Part shown: piece by piece, positions 28,476-42,891 of the stretch
How the letters are laid out: the number at the start of each line of letters is the position of its first letter
Position numbering within the stretch: position 1 is the first letter of the stretch
From: the human T2T-CHM13v2.0 reference genome, Homo sapiens
Direction: 5' to 3' (one strand)
Length of the DNA: 64,000 nt
NCBI RefSeq assembly: GCF_009914755.1
Contig: NC_060928.1
Notes under the pieces: generated by a model
What the model was told of the DNA's origin: nothing
Seen by the model: only the letters and a program-made list of their open reading frames with translations
The model's database searches: none
Translations under genes and position numbers: made by a program

Positions 28476-29140
28476 AGGAAGAAAGTGTGCAGAATGGTGT
28501 ACGCTAACATGATCCCGGCAGGTGAGAGGAAGAAAGTGTGCAGAATGGGGAACACTAACCTGTTCCTGGCAGGTGAGGGGAAGCAAGTATGCAGAACTGT
28601 GCACGCTAACATGATCCCAGCAGGCGAGAGGAAGAAAGTGTGCAGAATGGTGCACGCCAACATGATCCCAGCAGGTGACAGGAAGAAAGTGAGCAGAATG
28701 GTGCATGCTAAGATGATCCCAGCAGGTGAGAGGAAGAAAGTGTGCAGAACGGTGCACACTAACATGATCCCAGCAGGGGAGAGGAAGAAAGTGTGCAGAA
28801 CAGTGCACACTAACATGATCCCAGCAGGCGAGAAGAAGAAGGTGAAGTGAGCAGAATGGTGCATGCTAAGATGACCCTGGCAGATGAGGGGAAGGAAGTG
28901 TGCAGAATGGTGCATGCTAACGTGATCCCGGCAGGTGAGAGGAAGAAAGTGTGGAGAACGGTGCACGCTTACATGATCCTGGCAGGTGAGAGGAAGAAAG
29001 TGAGCAGAATGGTGCATGCTAAGATGATCCCGGCAGGTGAGGGGAAGAAAGTGAGCAGAACGGTGCATGCTAACATGAAGCCAGCAGGTGAGGGAAAGGA
29101 GAACAGTGCACACTAACACGTTCCCAGCAGCTGAGAGAAA
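28476..29140 (+). repeat. Minisatellite, ~13 copies of a 51-bp unit
   Basis: Unit gaggaagaaagtgtgcagaatggtgcacgctaacatgatcccagcaggtga. Confidence 0.95.
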
Positions 29141-32100
29141 AGTGGACACCAGGGCCAGGAGACGGGGGCCCTCGAGGGGAATGCAGGGAGGACTCTGGGG
29201 CAGGGGCAAATCACTGTCAATGTTCAGCTTCAGTGCTGGGTGCAGGAACACTGGCATGAACCAAGGAGTACAATGAATCAAATTCTGGGCCCCTGTGGCC
29301 CAAAAGTAAATCAATTAAATTGGAGGGGCAACTATTTCTCCATGTGGAGTTATAAGTGATATCTATTTTCATCTTTAAAGTTTTCTACATTACCAAAATA
29401 GTACCTAATAATCACGTTAGTTTTACAATCAGAAAACGGTGGCAGCAAGCAATGACATTAAACTGAACATTTTTATTCCAATTATTCAAGTTTTTGCTGC
29501 ACAGTATTTTCAAATGTTTTATTTTCAAAATGACTATTACAAAAAATGTAGTTTCCAGAATGTCATGGCTACACCTCAACCTACTCCACTCTTGCAGTGG
29601 GGGCAACAGCTTTAGGAGCAGGGACCGTGTGTGGGGGCTGCACCCTTGCAGTGCGTGGCCTGGACACGGCCCAAGCCCTCCGCCGCCCACAGACAACACT
29701 TTCACATTGATAAATATGCATGCCCATCAAATCCTGCTGTAAACCAAAACTAAAATTCTAAGTCCCCCAGCCAACTGAGTGCATCCCCTTGCAGCCACCG
29801 GGACCCAAAGAAACCTGAAAAACCAGTTCAGGCCATGAATGGGAAGGAGGGCTCGGGATGCCCCATTATACCTGCCCCGCTCTGGAATTTAGACACAACT
29901 GACCAACATTAAAATAAAAACAGAGATCCTAGACTGACAAAACAGACTCTCTGTAGCAATAAGATACCCAATTCAACGGGACTCCGGTATAGCATCACAT
30001 GACACATAGTAGCCCCGAAGGAATCAAAGTATTTTACCTCAAAATATATTTCCTTGACATATGTTGAAATGGCCCTTGCAAAGCTGTCTCTCATGGGGGA
30101 AATGTGCATTCTGCAGAGAATCTGCTTCCCTTATTAGGCTTTTTCTGGAGACTCTGACACCTTTTAAGGGCCTATAAGAGACATGCACATCTATTCTCTC
30201 TGAAGCCTGCCATCCGGAGGCTTCATCAACATAACAAAAACCTTGGCTTCCACAACCACCCCCGCCCCCACCTTAACTCAAGCTGAGTTCAACTTTTTAG
30301 ACAAAGCTTAACTCTTTCAACCCATTGCCAATCAGGAAATTTTTGAATCTACCTGTCAGAGACGTGTGAACCAGAGCAACTCCATCTTGAATATGAGCTG
30401 GGTAAAATGAGGCTGAGACCTACTGGGCTGCATTCCCCGATGGTTAGGTAGTCTAAGTCACAGGATGAGATAGGAGGTCAGCACAAGATACAGGTCTTAA
30501 AGACCTTGCTGATAAAACAGGCTGCAATAAGGAAGCTGGCTAAATCCCACCAAAACCAAGATGGCCACAAGAGTGACCTCTGGTCATCCTCACTGCTACA
30601 CTCCCACCAGCACCATGACAGTTTGCAGGTGCCATGGCAACGTCAGGATGCTACCCTATATGGTCTAAAAAGGGGAGACATGAATAATCCACACCCTGAT
30701 TAGCATATCATCAAGAAATAACCATAAAAATGGGCAACCAGCAGCCCTCAGGGCTGCTTTGTCTATGGGTAGCCCTTTTTTTATTCCTTTACTTTCTTAA
30801 TAAATTTGCTTTCACTTCATGAACTTGCACTGAATTCTTTCTTGCGTGAGATCCAAGAACCCTCTCTCGGGGTCTGGATTGGGACCCCTTTCCTGTAACA
30901 TCTTTCTGGTGACCATGGAAAGAACCATAGTGTGGAAACCCTTGACTCAAAGGTTTACTTTGGTTAAGTGATGGGGTCCTGTAACATCTTTCTGGCGACC
31001 ACAGAAGTGACTATAGTGTGGAAACCCCAGACCCAAAGAGTAACTTTGGGTAAGTGGTAGGGTCTGGTAACGTCTTTCTGGTGAATCATGGAAGGGACGA
31101 TACTGAGGAGACCCCTCAACCCAAAAGAAGTAGACTGCACCACTGGTTGGCCGACTTTGAATAAGTGGTGGGGTACCTGGGTAAAGGATGGGATTGGGTT
31201 AGAGGCCCAACGTAGGGGAGTTAGAGTCTGTCCTAAGACACAGTGGGTTAGAGGCCCCTCTTAAGGAAAGGTAAGGACGCTTGCTCAACCTTGGGTTAGA
31301 GGCCCAACTCAGGAGGGTTAGAGTCCCTTCTCAGATTTAGGGGGTTAGAGGCCCCTCTCAGTAAGGTCCCTCTCAGTAAAGTCGCTTCTGGCTAAGAGCA
31401 GGTTTGGCACTATGGGATGTTAACTGCTATTCTCTTGGGATTAATCTGCCTTGCACTCTTTGCTGATGGCTGTGAGTGACAGAATTAGCCACGTACAGGA
31501 TTGTAGGACTTGGGGAGTTTTTTCCTCCTTAAACGGGGAAACTTGGGAGCTGACGGGACTGCTGGAAAAGATCCCTTCATGACTGACAAGCAGCCACCTA
31601 AACTTTTCAGTGTTGCTGCAATGGATGGGTCTTTCTCTGACCTCCCTGAGCGCCTCGCCTTCCCCATCCTGCCTCAGGCAATGCTTTTCTCTCTCTGTGC
31701 AAACTGGTTGAATAAATTGTAAAAAATAATTGTTTATCTCCTGTAAAGTTTTGATTAATGGAATAAAGGATTTGTGAGGCTAGTCTTAAGCTGTAGCCAA
31801 CCAGGTCTGGTGTGCTTTCTGTGTCTTTCTGTATTGCTCTGTCATAAAGAGGAGTACCTTAGGATAGAGCATGGACTTAGGACACCTTTAAGCCTGCTTT
31901 TCAAGACAGCTCAGCAAACTGGTCAATTACAAACTTTGCTGCAGGTCCCTCAAAAAACTGGATGAGGTTTCCTTCTTGTCTTCTATGTTCTTGGGAGCTT
32001 GACCTTGTAACCATGTGGCCATGCTTTCTCTTTTCACAATGGTGGCCCAGGTTCAGGGTTCAATTCCTGGCTTGGAAAATAAGTTCTTTATCTTCTATGT

Positions 32101-32366
32101 ATTTATATGTATTATGTGTGTGATGTTTATGAATGAAAGAGCTTTAACTAATTGGTTTAAAAATAAGTGCTTAAATATTTTGTCAGAAAAGTAAAAAGTG
32201 TAATGCCTTTTAGTTCATGTGACTGAAGTAATCTTTGGGAAATAAGGAGTTTTAAAGATTATTGGCAAAATAAAAATATCTTCAAACATGTAAACATTTG
32301 GTCTAAATTATGCAGGTGAGATATTAAGTTTGCTAAATGCTTTAAGGTCATAAACTGCTTCTTTGA

Positions 32367-32665
<299 letters not shown>

Positions 32666-33035
32666 TGACTTTTAAAAATTATTCAGTTTCTTACTCTGGA
32701 GCATTAGATTCTAGATAAGGCCAGGGACATGTGGAGTTAGCCACGCCCCTAGCTATGCTGGAGTCAGCCCCCTTATCTGCACTTCTGCCTGGTGTGTCCT
32801 AGGCTAAATTCCACACCTGGTACACAATTAGAATCCCCAACTTACCAAGGTTTTCACCAAGAGTAAAAGTCACTAACAATTAACATCGTCACATGTAATT
32901 AAGACTGCTAAAAAAAACAGTTTTACATGCAAGATGTGTAAGAAAAGTGAAATGTGTCTTTTGGTAAAAGATTATAAGAACACATGGAAATGTGGATTTT
33001 TCTTACCTAGATTAAAGAGTTAAAGAATTGTTTTA

Positions 33036-33469
<434 letters not shown>

Positions 33470-36340
33470 TTATTCAGTTTTTCTGTAAACTGAACATGGG
33501 AATAAAAGCATAACAGGTTTTTTCTTCGAGCAAAAACCTGCCTATGACCTGCTCTTTAATAAAAATGTGTAAAGGGTTATCAAAGGCTTATGAGAAACTT
33601 ACCTTATGGCCAAACTGATTAAGTTTGAACACATTTGTCTATAAGATTTCATTAAGAATTAATTGGCTTTGACATCAACAGTGCACTAATGCAAGAGTGA
33701 CGTTTGGCTTATTTGGTACAAAAATTGCTCAGGAAGCATTATCAAATGTGAAATGGTGTTTGGTTTTCTTTGGGCTGTTATTTGTATAAATGTGTTATTG
33801 GTATATGTTCCAAAAGTATGGGAAAATCCTCTAATTCTAATGTGACTTACTGTATGTTATTAATAATTATAATTGTTACATAAAATCATTGCATGCCACA
33901 AAGGTAACCAAATTTCATGTTTTTGATTGTGGCTGCCCTAAAATATTTTGTTATCCACAGACAATTGTTATCTTGTTTTAATCCTTTTTAGAAGGTGGTT
34001 TATAACCAACTATGGAGCTCTCACAGGGGTTCTTAAACGCAGGTTTTTAATAACTTTGGAAATTGTGATATTAGAATGGAGGAAAAACTTTCAGAACTCT
34101 CATAGAGAGCTGAAATGTTCATGAATATCAAGCAAAACAGGAGTTAACTAAATTAACTGAACCAATAAAAAACTGAAGTAATGTTTTTAACTTTACTTAA
34201 AATGTTGCTGATCCTTTGTTTCGTTTTTCAGAGTCAAGGAAACTTTTCTTTTGAGCTATGTACAGCTTTTAGCAATTGAGTAAAATATACTCCTGTGAAC
34301 AAAATTTGGAGCATATTTCTCTGTTTTCTCCAGAATTTGGAAACTATTTGTGAGTATTCTTAATTTAATGGCAATATAGTTATTTGCATAAGTGCAATAA
34401 ACATCTGATTTCTTTTGTAACAGGAGACAATTGGAAAAACTGGTTATTTTACCAAGGCTTTAACTGGAATGGGATGCTTTGCATTAAGGAATCAAACTTG
34501 ACTTGTAAAGCCAATAAAAGCCCCTTGGTGAAATGCCTCATACCTTGTCTTCACAGTCCCTGTATGGGGTTCCTGACCTGTGGTAAATGAAGAATGTCAC
34601 TTTCTGACAGGTCCAGTAGCCCCAAGCTATCTTGAGGCTCAAGAGGAGAGGAATTTACTCAACTCATAGGTATTTGAGGGTACAAACCCATGGCAGGGCC
34701 TGGCTCTAAAAAAGTCTTATCTGAGATTCCTTCTATGGAACACAGTTCCATCAAAGCCAATTTAAAAAGAGCTTATGTGAAAAATAATTATTCTTGCTGT
34801 ACTTTATACAAACAATCAGGCCAAGTATAATAAAATCAGTCTTACCAAGATTTGTTTTTAGTAAAAATGGAAAATGGGAAACTAGAGAGAGAAATTATGT
34901 TTCAAGAACTATGGTACACTTCTTAAATTCTAGCTTCATTGTTGTTTTTAAGTTTGTTTCTGCAATTTAGGCTAACCCTGCTTATTCCTGTGAACCAACC
35001 AGTGATCTCTGGCTGCTGCTCAGAAGAAACAAGAGGGATGGATAATGTAAACATCTGGATCAGTATTCTAATTCTGGGCACATTAGAATCAGCTAACAGC
35101 CCCATGTCAGCTTAGTTCCAACATGCCCAGTTCATGGAAAGCCTTCTAATTTAGTTCACTTGGGATAGCTTTGCTTATTCTGTTATATTGCTGTTGTACT
35201 CTTTGTGTAGGAATATAGGACAAGCTTACTGAATGTTTTCTTAAACACTTAATAATCTTTCATATATCACCTTTTGTGAGAACTCAAGAGTTATGAATGG
35301 CTCTCACCATTCCAAGGCTTTCTGGCTGAGCTCTTCTCTACCCTGAACAGAAGAGACCTTAATAGGCAGGAGTATCATGGACCCTATTCACCCTGAAGAA
35401 GTTACAGAAGATGGATCTTCATCCCTCTGCAACCCTTAGGATTAAAGGTTGTCTTATAAAAGGGAGGGGAGAAATGTCAGAGGCATGTGAACCAGAGCAA
35501 CTCCATCTTGAATAGGAGCTGGGTAAAATGAGGCTGAGACCTACTGGGCTGCATTCCCAGACACTTAAGGCATTAAGTCACAGGATGAGATGAGGTCGGC
35601 ACAGGATGCAGGTCATAAAGACCTTGCTGATAAAATGGGTGGCAGTAAGGAAGTCGGCTAAAACCCACCAAAACCAAGATGGCCATGAGAGTAACCTCTC
35701 GTTGTCCTCACTGCTACACTCCCACCAGCGCCATGACAGTTTACAAATGCCATGGCAACGTCAGGAAGTTACCCTACAAGGTCTAAAACAGGGAGGCACG
35801 AATCCACCCTTTGATTATTATATCACCAAGAAATAACCATAAAAATGGGCAACCAGCAGCCCTTGGGGCTGCTGTATGGAGTAGCCATTCTTCTATTCCT
35901 TTACTTTCTTAATAAACTTGCTTTCACTTTACTCTATGGATTCACCCTGAATTCTTTCTTGCATGAGATCCAAGAACCCTCTCTTGGGGTCCAGATGGGA
36001 TCCCTTTTCCTGTAACACACCTATACCTAGAAGCCTGTTTTCAGACCTTTCTGGGCTGAACCAATGTGCACTCTCCATGTACTGACTGACCTCTCTGCCT
36101 CTAACTTCTGTCCCCTTAAAATGTATAAAATCAGGCTGTAACCCAGCAATCTTAGGCAGCTATTCTCAGGACCTCCCAGGGCTGTGTCACAGGTCATAGT
36201 CTTCACATTTGGCTCAGAATAAACCTCTTCAAATATTTCACAGAGCTTGGCTTTTTGTCAACACTGCCAGTAAAGTGTGCCAGCTCCCACAGTTGGCGAA
36301 TGAGGACCTTTCCAACAGGTGGATATGAAAATGCAAACCA

Positions 36341-36563
36341 CATGGTGACATTGTGGCATCGCAAAGCTCTCCTGCATGAGAACCCGTCGTGTCTGACATG
36401 GTAACATCGTGGCATCGCAAAGCTCTCCTGCACGAGAACCCGTTGTGTCTGACATGGTGACATCATGGCCACAGGCATCGCAGAGCTCTCCTGCACGAGA
36501 ACCTGTCGTGTCTGACATGGTGACATCGTGACATCACAAAGCTCTCCTGCATGAGAACCCGTC
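36341..36563 (+). repeat. Minisatellite, 4 copies of a ~56-bp unit
   Basis: catggtgacatcgtggcatcgcaaagctctcctgcacgagaacccgtcgtgtctga, starts at 36341, 36397, 36453 and 36516. Confidence 0.93.
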
Positions 36564-38169
36564 ATATATGACACCGAAGTCAAATGTGTTTTTTTCTGTA
36601 AACCTTGAACATACCCTTGACCTTGAACAACTTCTGTGACCTGCTGGTAGAAAAACAGGTAGTTTCAGACCAAAGGCTGGACGAGACCACAAACCAAGGT
36701 CCCAAGTGATAAAAAAGGCAAAACATGAAAACCCCTCCGGAGATGCCCAAAGCTGTTACTTGGGAGACAAGGACAGCTGGGGCCTGCTCTGGAGGGTGGT
36801 GAGGCAGGAGTGACCGTGACTCTAACTCAGGCTGGCCACCACCTAGAATCTAGCTGCGGGCACATCAGAGGACTTGGGAGCCTGTTCCTTCTCGCTTAGA
36901 AAAGCTACAGGTCTAGGTAAAGGAGCCGTCCACACACACACGGCCTGAGGCATCCTATGAGGGGGACCCCTGGTGGAAATCTGCATGACCCCAGTTGACA
37001 GCCCACGTAGGCCCAACTGCTCTTGGGCTGGGACCCCCAGGCAGTGGGGCTGGGGACCCCGGGCCCGTGAGGCCTGTGGGTGGCAGCCTCAGTGGGGAAT
37101 GAGCCCCTCCGACACTGGCAGGCACCACTGACGTGTTCTCTGGGTTTGTACTCGGAACTGCTCCATCTAATTCGCAAGGGCCTGAGCACTCTCATTCCCA
37201 TTCTCTCTGAAAGCAGGAAGAGTATCATAGACAAAACACATGTAACCCACGAAGAGTTTGTTTAAACCCAAGGAAGCTTCTAAACCAGAGTAAGATGAAT
37301 TCAGGTGGGGATGCTCCTGGGTTCGAGTGACAATGGATACCAGCACCTACCTATTGCGTCTCAGCCCTGTGCTGGGGCACTCAGGCACCAGGGAGGTCCC
37401 ATGGCTTCTGGTCCCGCTCGGCCACCTCCTGCTGTCTGCCTGCGGCAGTGTCCAGCCTATTGGGACCAGTCTCCTCTCTGCAGATGCAGCAAACGGCACA
37501 GCTCACCCCACGCGGTTGGCTGAGCGTCCCACGAGATGATGAATCCTGAGTGCTCAGTAAGGTGCTGGCAGGCGGTAGGTGATCATCAAAGAAGTCACTA
37601 ATTACCCCTCAGATGCCCCTGGAGCCCCAGACGGGTGGGATGTGGTGGGGGGGTGGTGTCCTGACCCTTTTCTAACATGAAAATGGCTTCAGAAGTGATT
37701 TCCAGTGCTGGAAATTCAGTTTTTAAAAACATTCTGGACCATGCCCTTCAGACGCTCAAAAGTTCTCTGGGCTACCTGGAAAAATAAGAACTGGTCTTAT
37801 TTGGTTCGGCACCGTCCTGAGACATGCTGGGTTACATCTGTTTGATGGGCTGTGGTGATACGAGTGTGGCCACGGGGGTCAGGGGGCACCAGAGTGACCC
37901 AACTCCCTGCTACTGAAGACGAAGGCCTTCCGTGCCCTGAGCTGATCAGAGGTTAAGAAGCAGGACACAGATGCAAAGACAGAACTGCTCCGGGAACCTA
38001 ACACTGGGAAGGGCAGCCAAGCCCATGGCCCTGCAGGGAGCAGGAGTGACCGGGGGAGGCGTGCACTGATGGCCCCGGTCTGCTGCAGTCAGGCTGTGGC
38101 CAGCGCCATGGGGACAGGCCACATGTGTGCAAGGACTTGCTGGGTAGACTCTGCAGGGACAAACAGATC

Positions 38170-38855
38170 ATACATGTTACCAATAAAGTGATTTGTATAT
38201 AACTGGCGGCAGGGGGAGGGGGGCGGTTGGAGACTGAATTGCCCATTCAAATCATTAGACTTTTTAAAAAAACATTTCCTCGATGGAAATTTCCAGTTCC
38301 ACAAAAGAAAGTAATCAAACAGATGTTCCTCCTTAAGTCTTAAACCACGACATTCAGATGATCTATGTGCAAATTAATAAGGTTATGACATAATTCAATT
38401 ATGTGACAAAGCCGAGGGAGAGTTGACAAAGAACCAGACTGGCATCATTGACTTCTCAATGAAGTGGAGCTCGGTAAAAAATCTAGATGAATCACAGGTT
38501 GTCTGACCAGAAGATCCCTGACAATGGGCTGTTTACTTTAGAGAAAGGAGCTGAACCCTGAAAACTGAATGTGCGAAATTCTAATTATCAAAAAACCCAC
38601 AGCGCATCAGGTAGACATGATCATCTGCATTTCTTTTCCACGCTGCAAATCACCGCGATCCCAGATTAGTCCAGCCGGCCGGGTGCCTCCCTCCCGTCCG
38701 CCTGGGCAGTTGAGGCCAATCAGCAGTTTAGGCGCACAGGTGCGGGCTCAGAAAGCAGCAGCAATCTCCGGTGTGTTCTGGAATCAGAAGTTGAGGTCCA
38801 CGTCTGATTAGTTCCCTTCGTTTCATTAGACTTGGCTGAATGTGTGCCAGTCCCA
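38170..38855 (-). other. ACOX3: Probable ACOX3 3' UTR (3' end approximate)
   Basis: Unique sequence following the stop codon. No canonical poly(A) hexamer is visible, so the end cannot be fixed from sequence alone. Confidence 0.5.
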
Positions 38856-38975
38856 CTAGAGCTTCGATTTCAGACTTCCTATGACAGGTTTGTTCACAGA
38901 AAACTCTGGCCACCAGGATGCCCGCTCCAACACCTTGCTTTCCTGCAGGACAGCGCCCCAGAGGTTTTTGTAGAG
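38856..38975 (-). CDS. ACOX3: ACOX3 terminal coding exon (exon 18 CDS part): [39 protein letters not shown], ending in peroxisomal PTS1 SKL
   Basis: TTTGCAG acceptor, TAG stop at 38858-38856, C-terminal SKL. The seven exons sum to 803 nt, leaving 1300 nt upstream for a 700-aa protein. Confidence 0.97.
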   Translation of the reverse strand, partial: LYKNLWGAVLQESKVLERASWWPEFSVNKPVIGSLKSKL

Positions 38976-39092
38976 CTGCAAACAACACGTACACAGCAAG
39001 TGAAGACAAAGAAATAAGAAGGAAAAGATTCCTAGATGGCTGAGTGTGCAAATGCAACTCCTCAAAGTTTTTGTTAAAAACACAGGAAATTC

Positions 39093-39412
39093 GGCTGGGC
39101 ACAGTGGCTCACGCCCGTAATCCCAGCATTTTGGGAGGCCGAGGTAGGCAGATCACCTGAGGTCGGGAGTTTTAGATCAGCCTGACCAACATGGAGAAAC
39201 CCCATCTCTACTAAAAAAAAATTCAAAATTAGCCAGGTGTGGTGGTGCATGCCTGTAATCCCAGCTACTCGGAAGGCTGAGGCAGGAGAATCACTTGAAC
39301 CTGGGAGGTAGAGGTTTCAGTGAGCCGAGATTGCACCACTGCACTCCAGCCTGGGCAACAAGAGCAAAACTCCGTCTCAAAACAAACAAACAACAACAAC
39401 AATAACAAAAAA
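39093..39412 (+). mobile_element. AluSp-like
   Basis: gaccaacatggagaaaccc diagnostic; TSD aaaa(a/g)cacaggaaattc. Confidence 0.9.
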
Positions 39413-39554
39413 GCACAGGAAATTCTCTGTCACTTTTTAGAGAAATTTTAAAATGGTTTAAATTTATATGAATATTTTCTTTTTTTTTCTAGTAGAAAAC
39501 AATTAGGACAATTCAATTATAAAGTACTATAAAACACATTTATAATGAAAATCA

Positions 39555-39903
<349 letters not shown>

Positions 39904-40627
39904 GAACTGATCGTGGCAGTGGACACGCTGTTTCTTAGTAACTGCAGCCACCGCAGGATGCTGCAAGGCTGCATCGACTGCTGCTCTGAAATCTGCTCTC
40001 ACACCCCAGGCCGCTACAGGCCGCACAGGTGGCACGTGGCCACCAGCAGCAGGATGCCCTCGCCGAGTGGCCCTTACTGGCTGATTTCTGGACCTGGGCC
40101 ACCACACCCTGCTCCTCTGGTCCTGCCCCGGGCCAGCACTCCCCTACGGGAGGTGCAGACTTCACTGCTCTCAGCCTAAGTGGCCTCACTGGGAAGATGG
40201 GGAGAGACGCTCCTGTCTTGGAGGAAGGTTGTACAAATGAAGGGCGAAGGGCAGCTGAGCAGACACTTCACCCGTGCAGGGTGGAAAGGGGCAGCCCAGA
40301 CCATCTCCAGGGCCTGGGGAGGTGGTCTATTTTGCATCCAGCTTACGCTGACCCATTTTATTGAGAAGAAACCCCTCTGCCTGCACCCGCTAAATGCACT
40401 TAGCAACCCCTCCTCCCCACTCTGCTACTCTGGGCTCCACAGACACAGACCCAGGCTGCTGCTCCACAGGGCCTAGGTTCCAGCTTATGTTTCACAGTTT
40501 GGAGCAGCGGGCTTGATTTAAGGATGGTCTCAACTCCCCTGCAGCTCTGTTTGTTCGCTTATAGTGAATTTCTCACCTGGCAGCTCCTGGTTAATACACC
40601 AGTTCCTTGCAACTGGAAGGAATGCAC

Positions 40628-40876
40628 TTTTTTTTTTTTTTTTGAGATGAGGTCTCACCCTGTTGGCCAGGCTGGAGTGCAGTGGCGCGATCACTGCCCA
40701 CCACAGCCTCGACCTCCCCAAGCTCAGGGGATCCTCTCACCTCAGTTTTTGTAATTTTTATGGATGGGGTTTCAGTATGTTGCCTAGGCTGGTCTCAAAC
40801 TCCTGGGCTAAAGGGATCCGCCCGCCTCAGCCTTCCTAAGTGCTAGGATAACAGGTGTGAGCCACCATGCTCAGCC
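40628..40876 (-). mobile_element. AluJ with internal deletion
   Basis: Alu arms with a shortened middle; TSD aggaatgcac. Confidence 0.85.
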
Positions 40877-42804
40877 AGGAATGCACGTTTAATAAACCAT
40901 CCTGCCAGCGACACCTCCAGCTGGCTCTGGTTTTAACTATGGAACCCAGAGCCAGGGGGCCCCTCCATCATGGGCAAGGTCTCTCCTTTCCTTGGTCGTT
41001 CCCTGCCTCAGAGACGGGCCTGCCTCTGCAGAGCAAGGCGCAGCAGGTAGACGCTCAAGGCCGCTCCGGCTTCTCCTGCACGGGGCAGACAGTCCCGTGT
41101 GCTTGGGGGTCCTCCATGGCGGGTCTGGCTCCAGTGTCCCTTCGAATGCCTGTCTGCCTGGTGAGCCCCCACCTCCTGGGGAGACTGCCTCTCCCAGGAA
41201 GGTGGGTAGGGCAAGTCCCTCTCCTATGCGCTCCCCCAGGACCCAAGGCTCCCGCCAAGTCTTCTCTCCCTACAGCAGGGCACAGTCTCTTCAAATCCTG
41301 GCTCTGCCACTCCCTGGCTGGGAAACCCACTGGGCTTCTCTGGCTCTCAGCTCTCAGCGGCAGTCATCATCTGGGCTGTATGGGCTCTGGGGATGGTCAG
41401 TGGTCAGTCCCCGATGCAGGACAGCAGGCCCTCTGCAGAGATGACCATCCCTGCCTCTCCTACTACGGGGAACTCTCACCTCCTGCCCTGCCCACCCGGC
41501 TCCTGGCACTACCTGCCTCTTGGCACACCTAGCCCAACCCAGGTGTAGCCTGGGCCGCGCTGAGGCCAGGCGCTGGGCCCTCCCTGGCTAAGCCGGTAAG
41601 GGCTCATGTACAGACTTCAGCATTCCCTGAGGACTGAGGGAGGGTCCTGCCCACTAAGGCTCAATCTCCATTTGGGCAGAGACCCAGGTGCTTCAGCAGG
41701 TGCTTCAGCAGAAATAACTCAGTCGCGGGGCCAGGGGGCAGGGATGGGGTCAAACCCCTCTGTGACTCACAGCCAGGGGACCTCAGGCACGGGACATGAG
41801 CATTGACACGCCGAGTCCCTCTAGCAGAAGACAGACACAGCCCCATAAGCAGTGGGGTGCTGGAAGGCACCCAGTGGACCTGTGAGCATCGCTCCTCGAG
41901 GGCATCATCAGGTGGGAGGGAGACACAAGGTCAGTGATGAGGCCAGCAAGGGCAGCACTACAGTGCCTGGGGGCACTGCCTCAGCTGGAGGCCAGAGAAG
42001 GCCTCTCCAAGGCAGCAATAGTCAGCTTATACTGAAAGAATGGAAGGCACTCCAGGCAGCCCGAGCAGCAGGCACAAGGCCCTGGGGTGGGCATGGGCCT
42101 GGCGCGACAGACGGGGAGGCCAGTAAGGCTAGATCTGGTGGGCAGGAGGGGAGCGTGGGGTGAAGGGCCTTGGAAGGATTCAGTGGCTGCGTGGGGCTGG
42201 GGCGTGGCAGGCAGTCGAGGAGGCTGGTGGAGGCTCCCTCAGGGGGGCGGCCTGACCCCATCTGCTATGAAGGAATCATTATGGAACATGGGGGGCAGGA
42301 GGAGAGCTGAGGAGCCACAGGGAGGCGGTTGGGGGAAAGCGGGGCAGGGGAGAGTAACCCCGGTGACAACCATGGATGGTCAGAGGGGACAGAGGGGCCT
42401 GGGGATTCCAGGACAGGGATGGGGGAAGAGGCCTGCAGGGCCAGGAGCATGGTCAGATGGGGGTAAGACCTGGGACCGGGGAGGCCGGGGGGAGTGGGAG
42501 GAGGGCAGAGGTCACAGTGTGTGGACCTCCAACCTCTGCCTGTGCAGGCGGGCAGTGCCACCACCCCATCTCGGGAGGAAAAGGCAGGCAGGGGATGGGC
42601 AAGTCCCCTGCAACCACAGAGCCAGCATGGGGAAGCACCAGAGTGAGACAGTCCTGACTTGTCCCGGGCCCTCCCCAAGAAGCTCCTCCATGTGTGACCA
42701 CTTTCCAGAAGACACCAGACCCCTGACCCACAGGAGCATCTCAGCTCCGCAGAAATGCCCATCAACCCTTGGGGCACTCCCGTGAGGCCCTGTCCTCCCT
42801 TTAC

Positions 42805-42891
42805 CTCGCCGTCGGCTCTGCCAATCGGTGAGTCCAGAACAAAGTCAGGAGGAGCGATCACGTCTACCAGGGCAACTGCATCGTCTTTCAG
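42805..42891 (-). CDS. ACOX3: ACOX3 coding exon (exon 17), 87 nt: [29 protein letters not shown]
   Basis: CAACAG acceptor, GTAAAG donor. Conserved ACOX motif AVxLVD...D..L.S.IG..DG. Confidence 0.96.

Noticed and set aside
28356-29314. Long repetitive ORFs (303, 150 and 142 aa)
   Set aside because: They result from the 51-bp (3n) minisatellite period. They are open on both strands with no splice or domain support.
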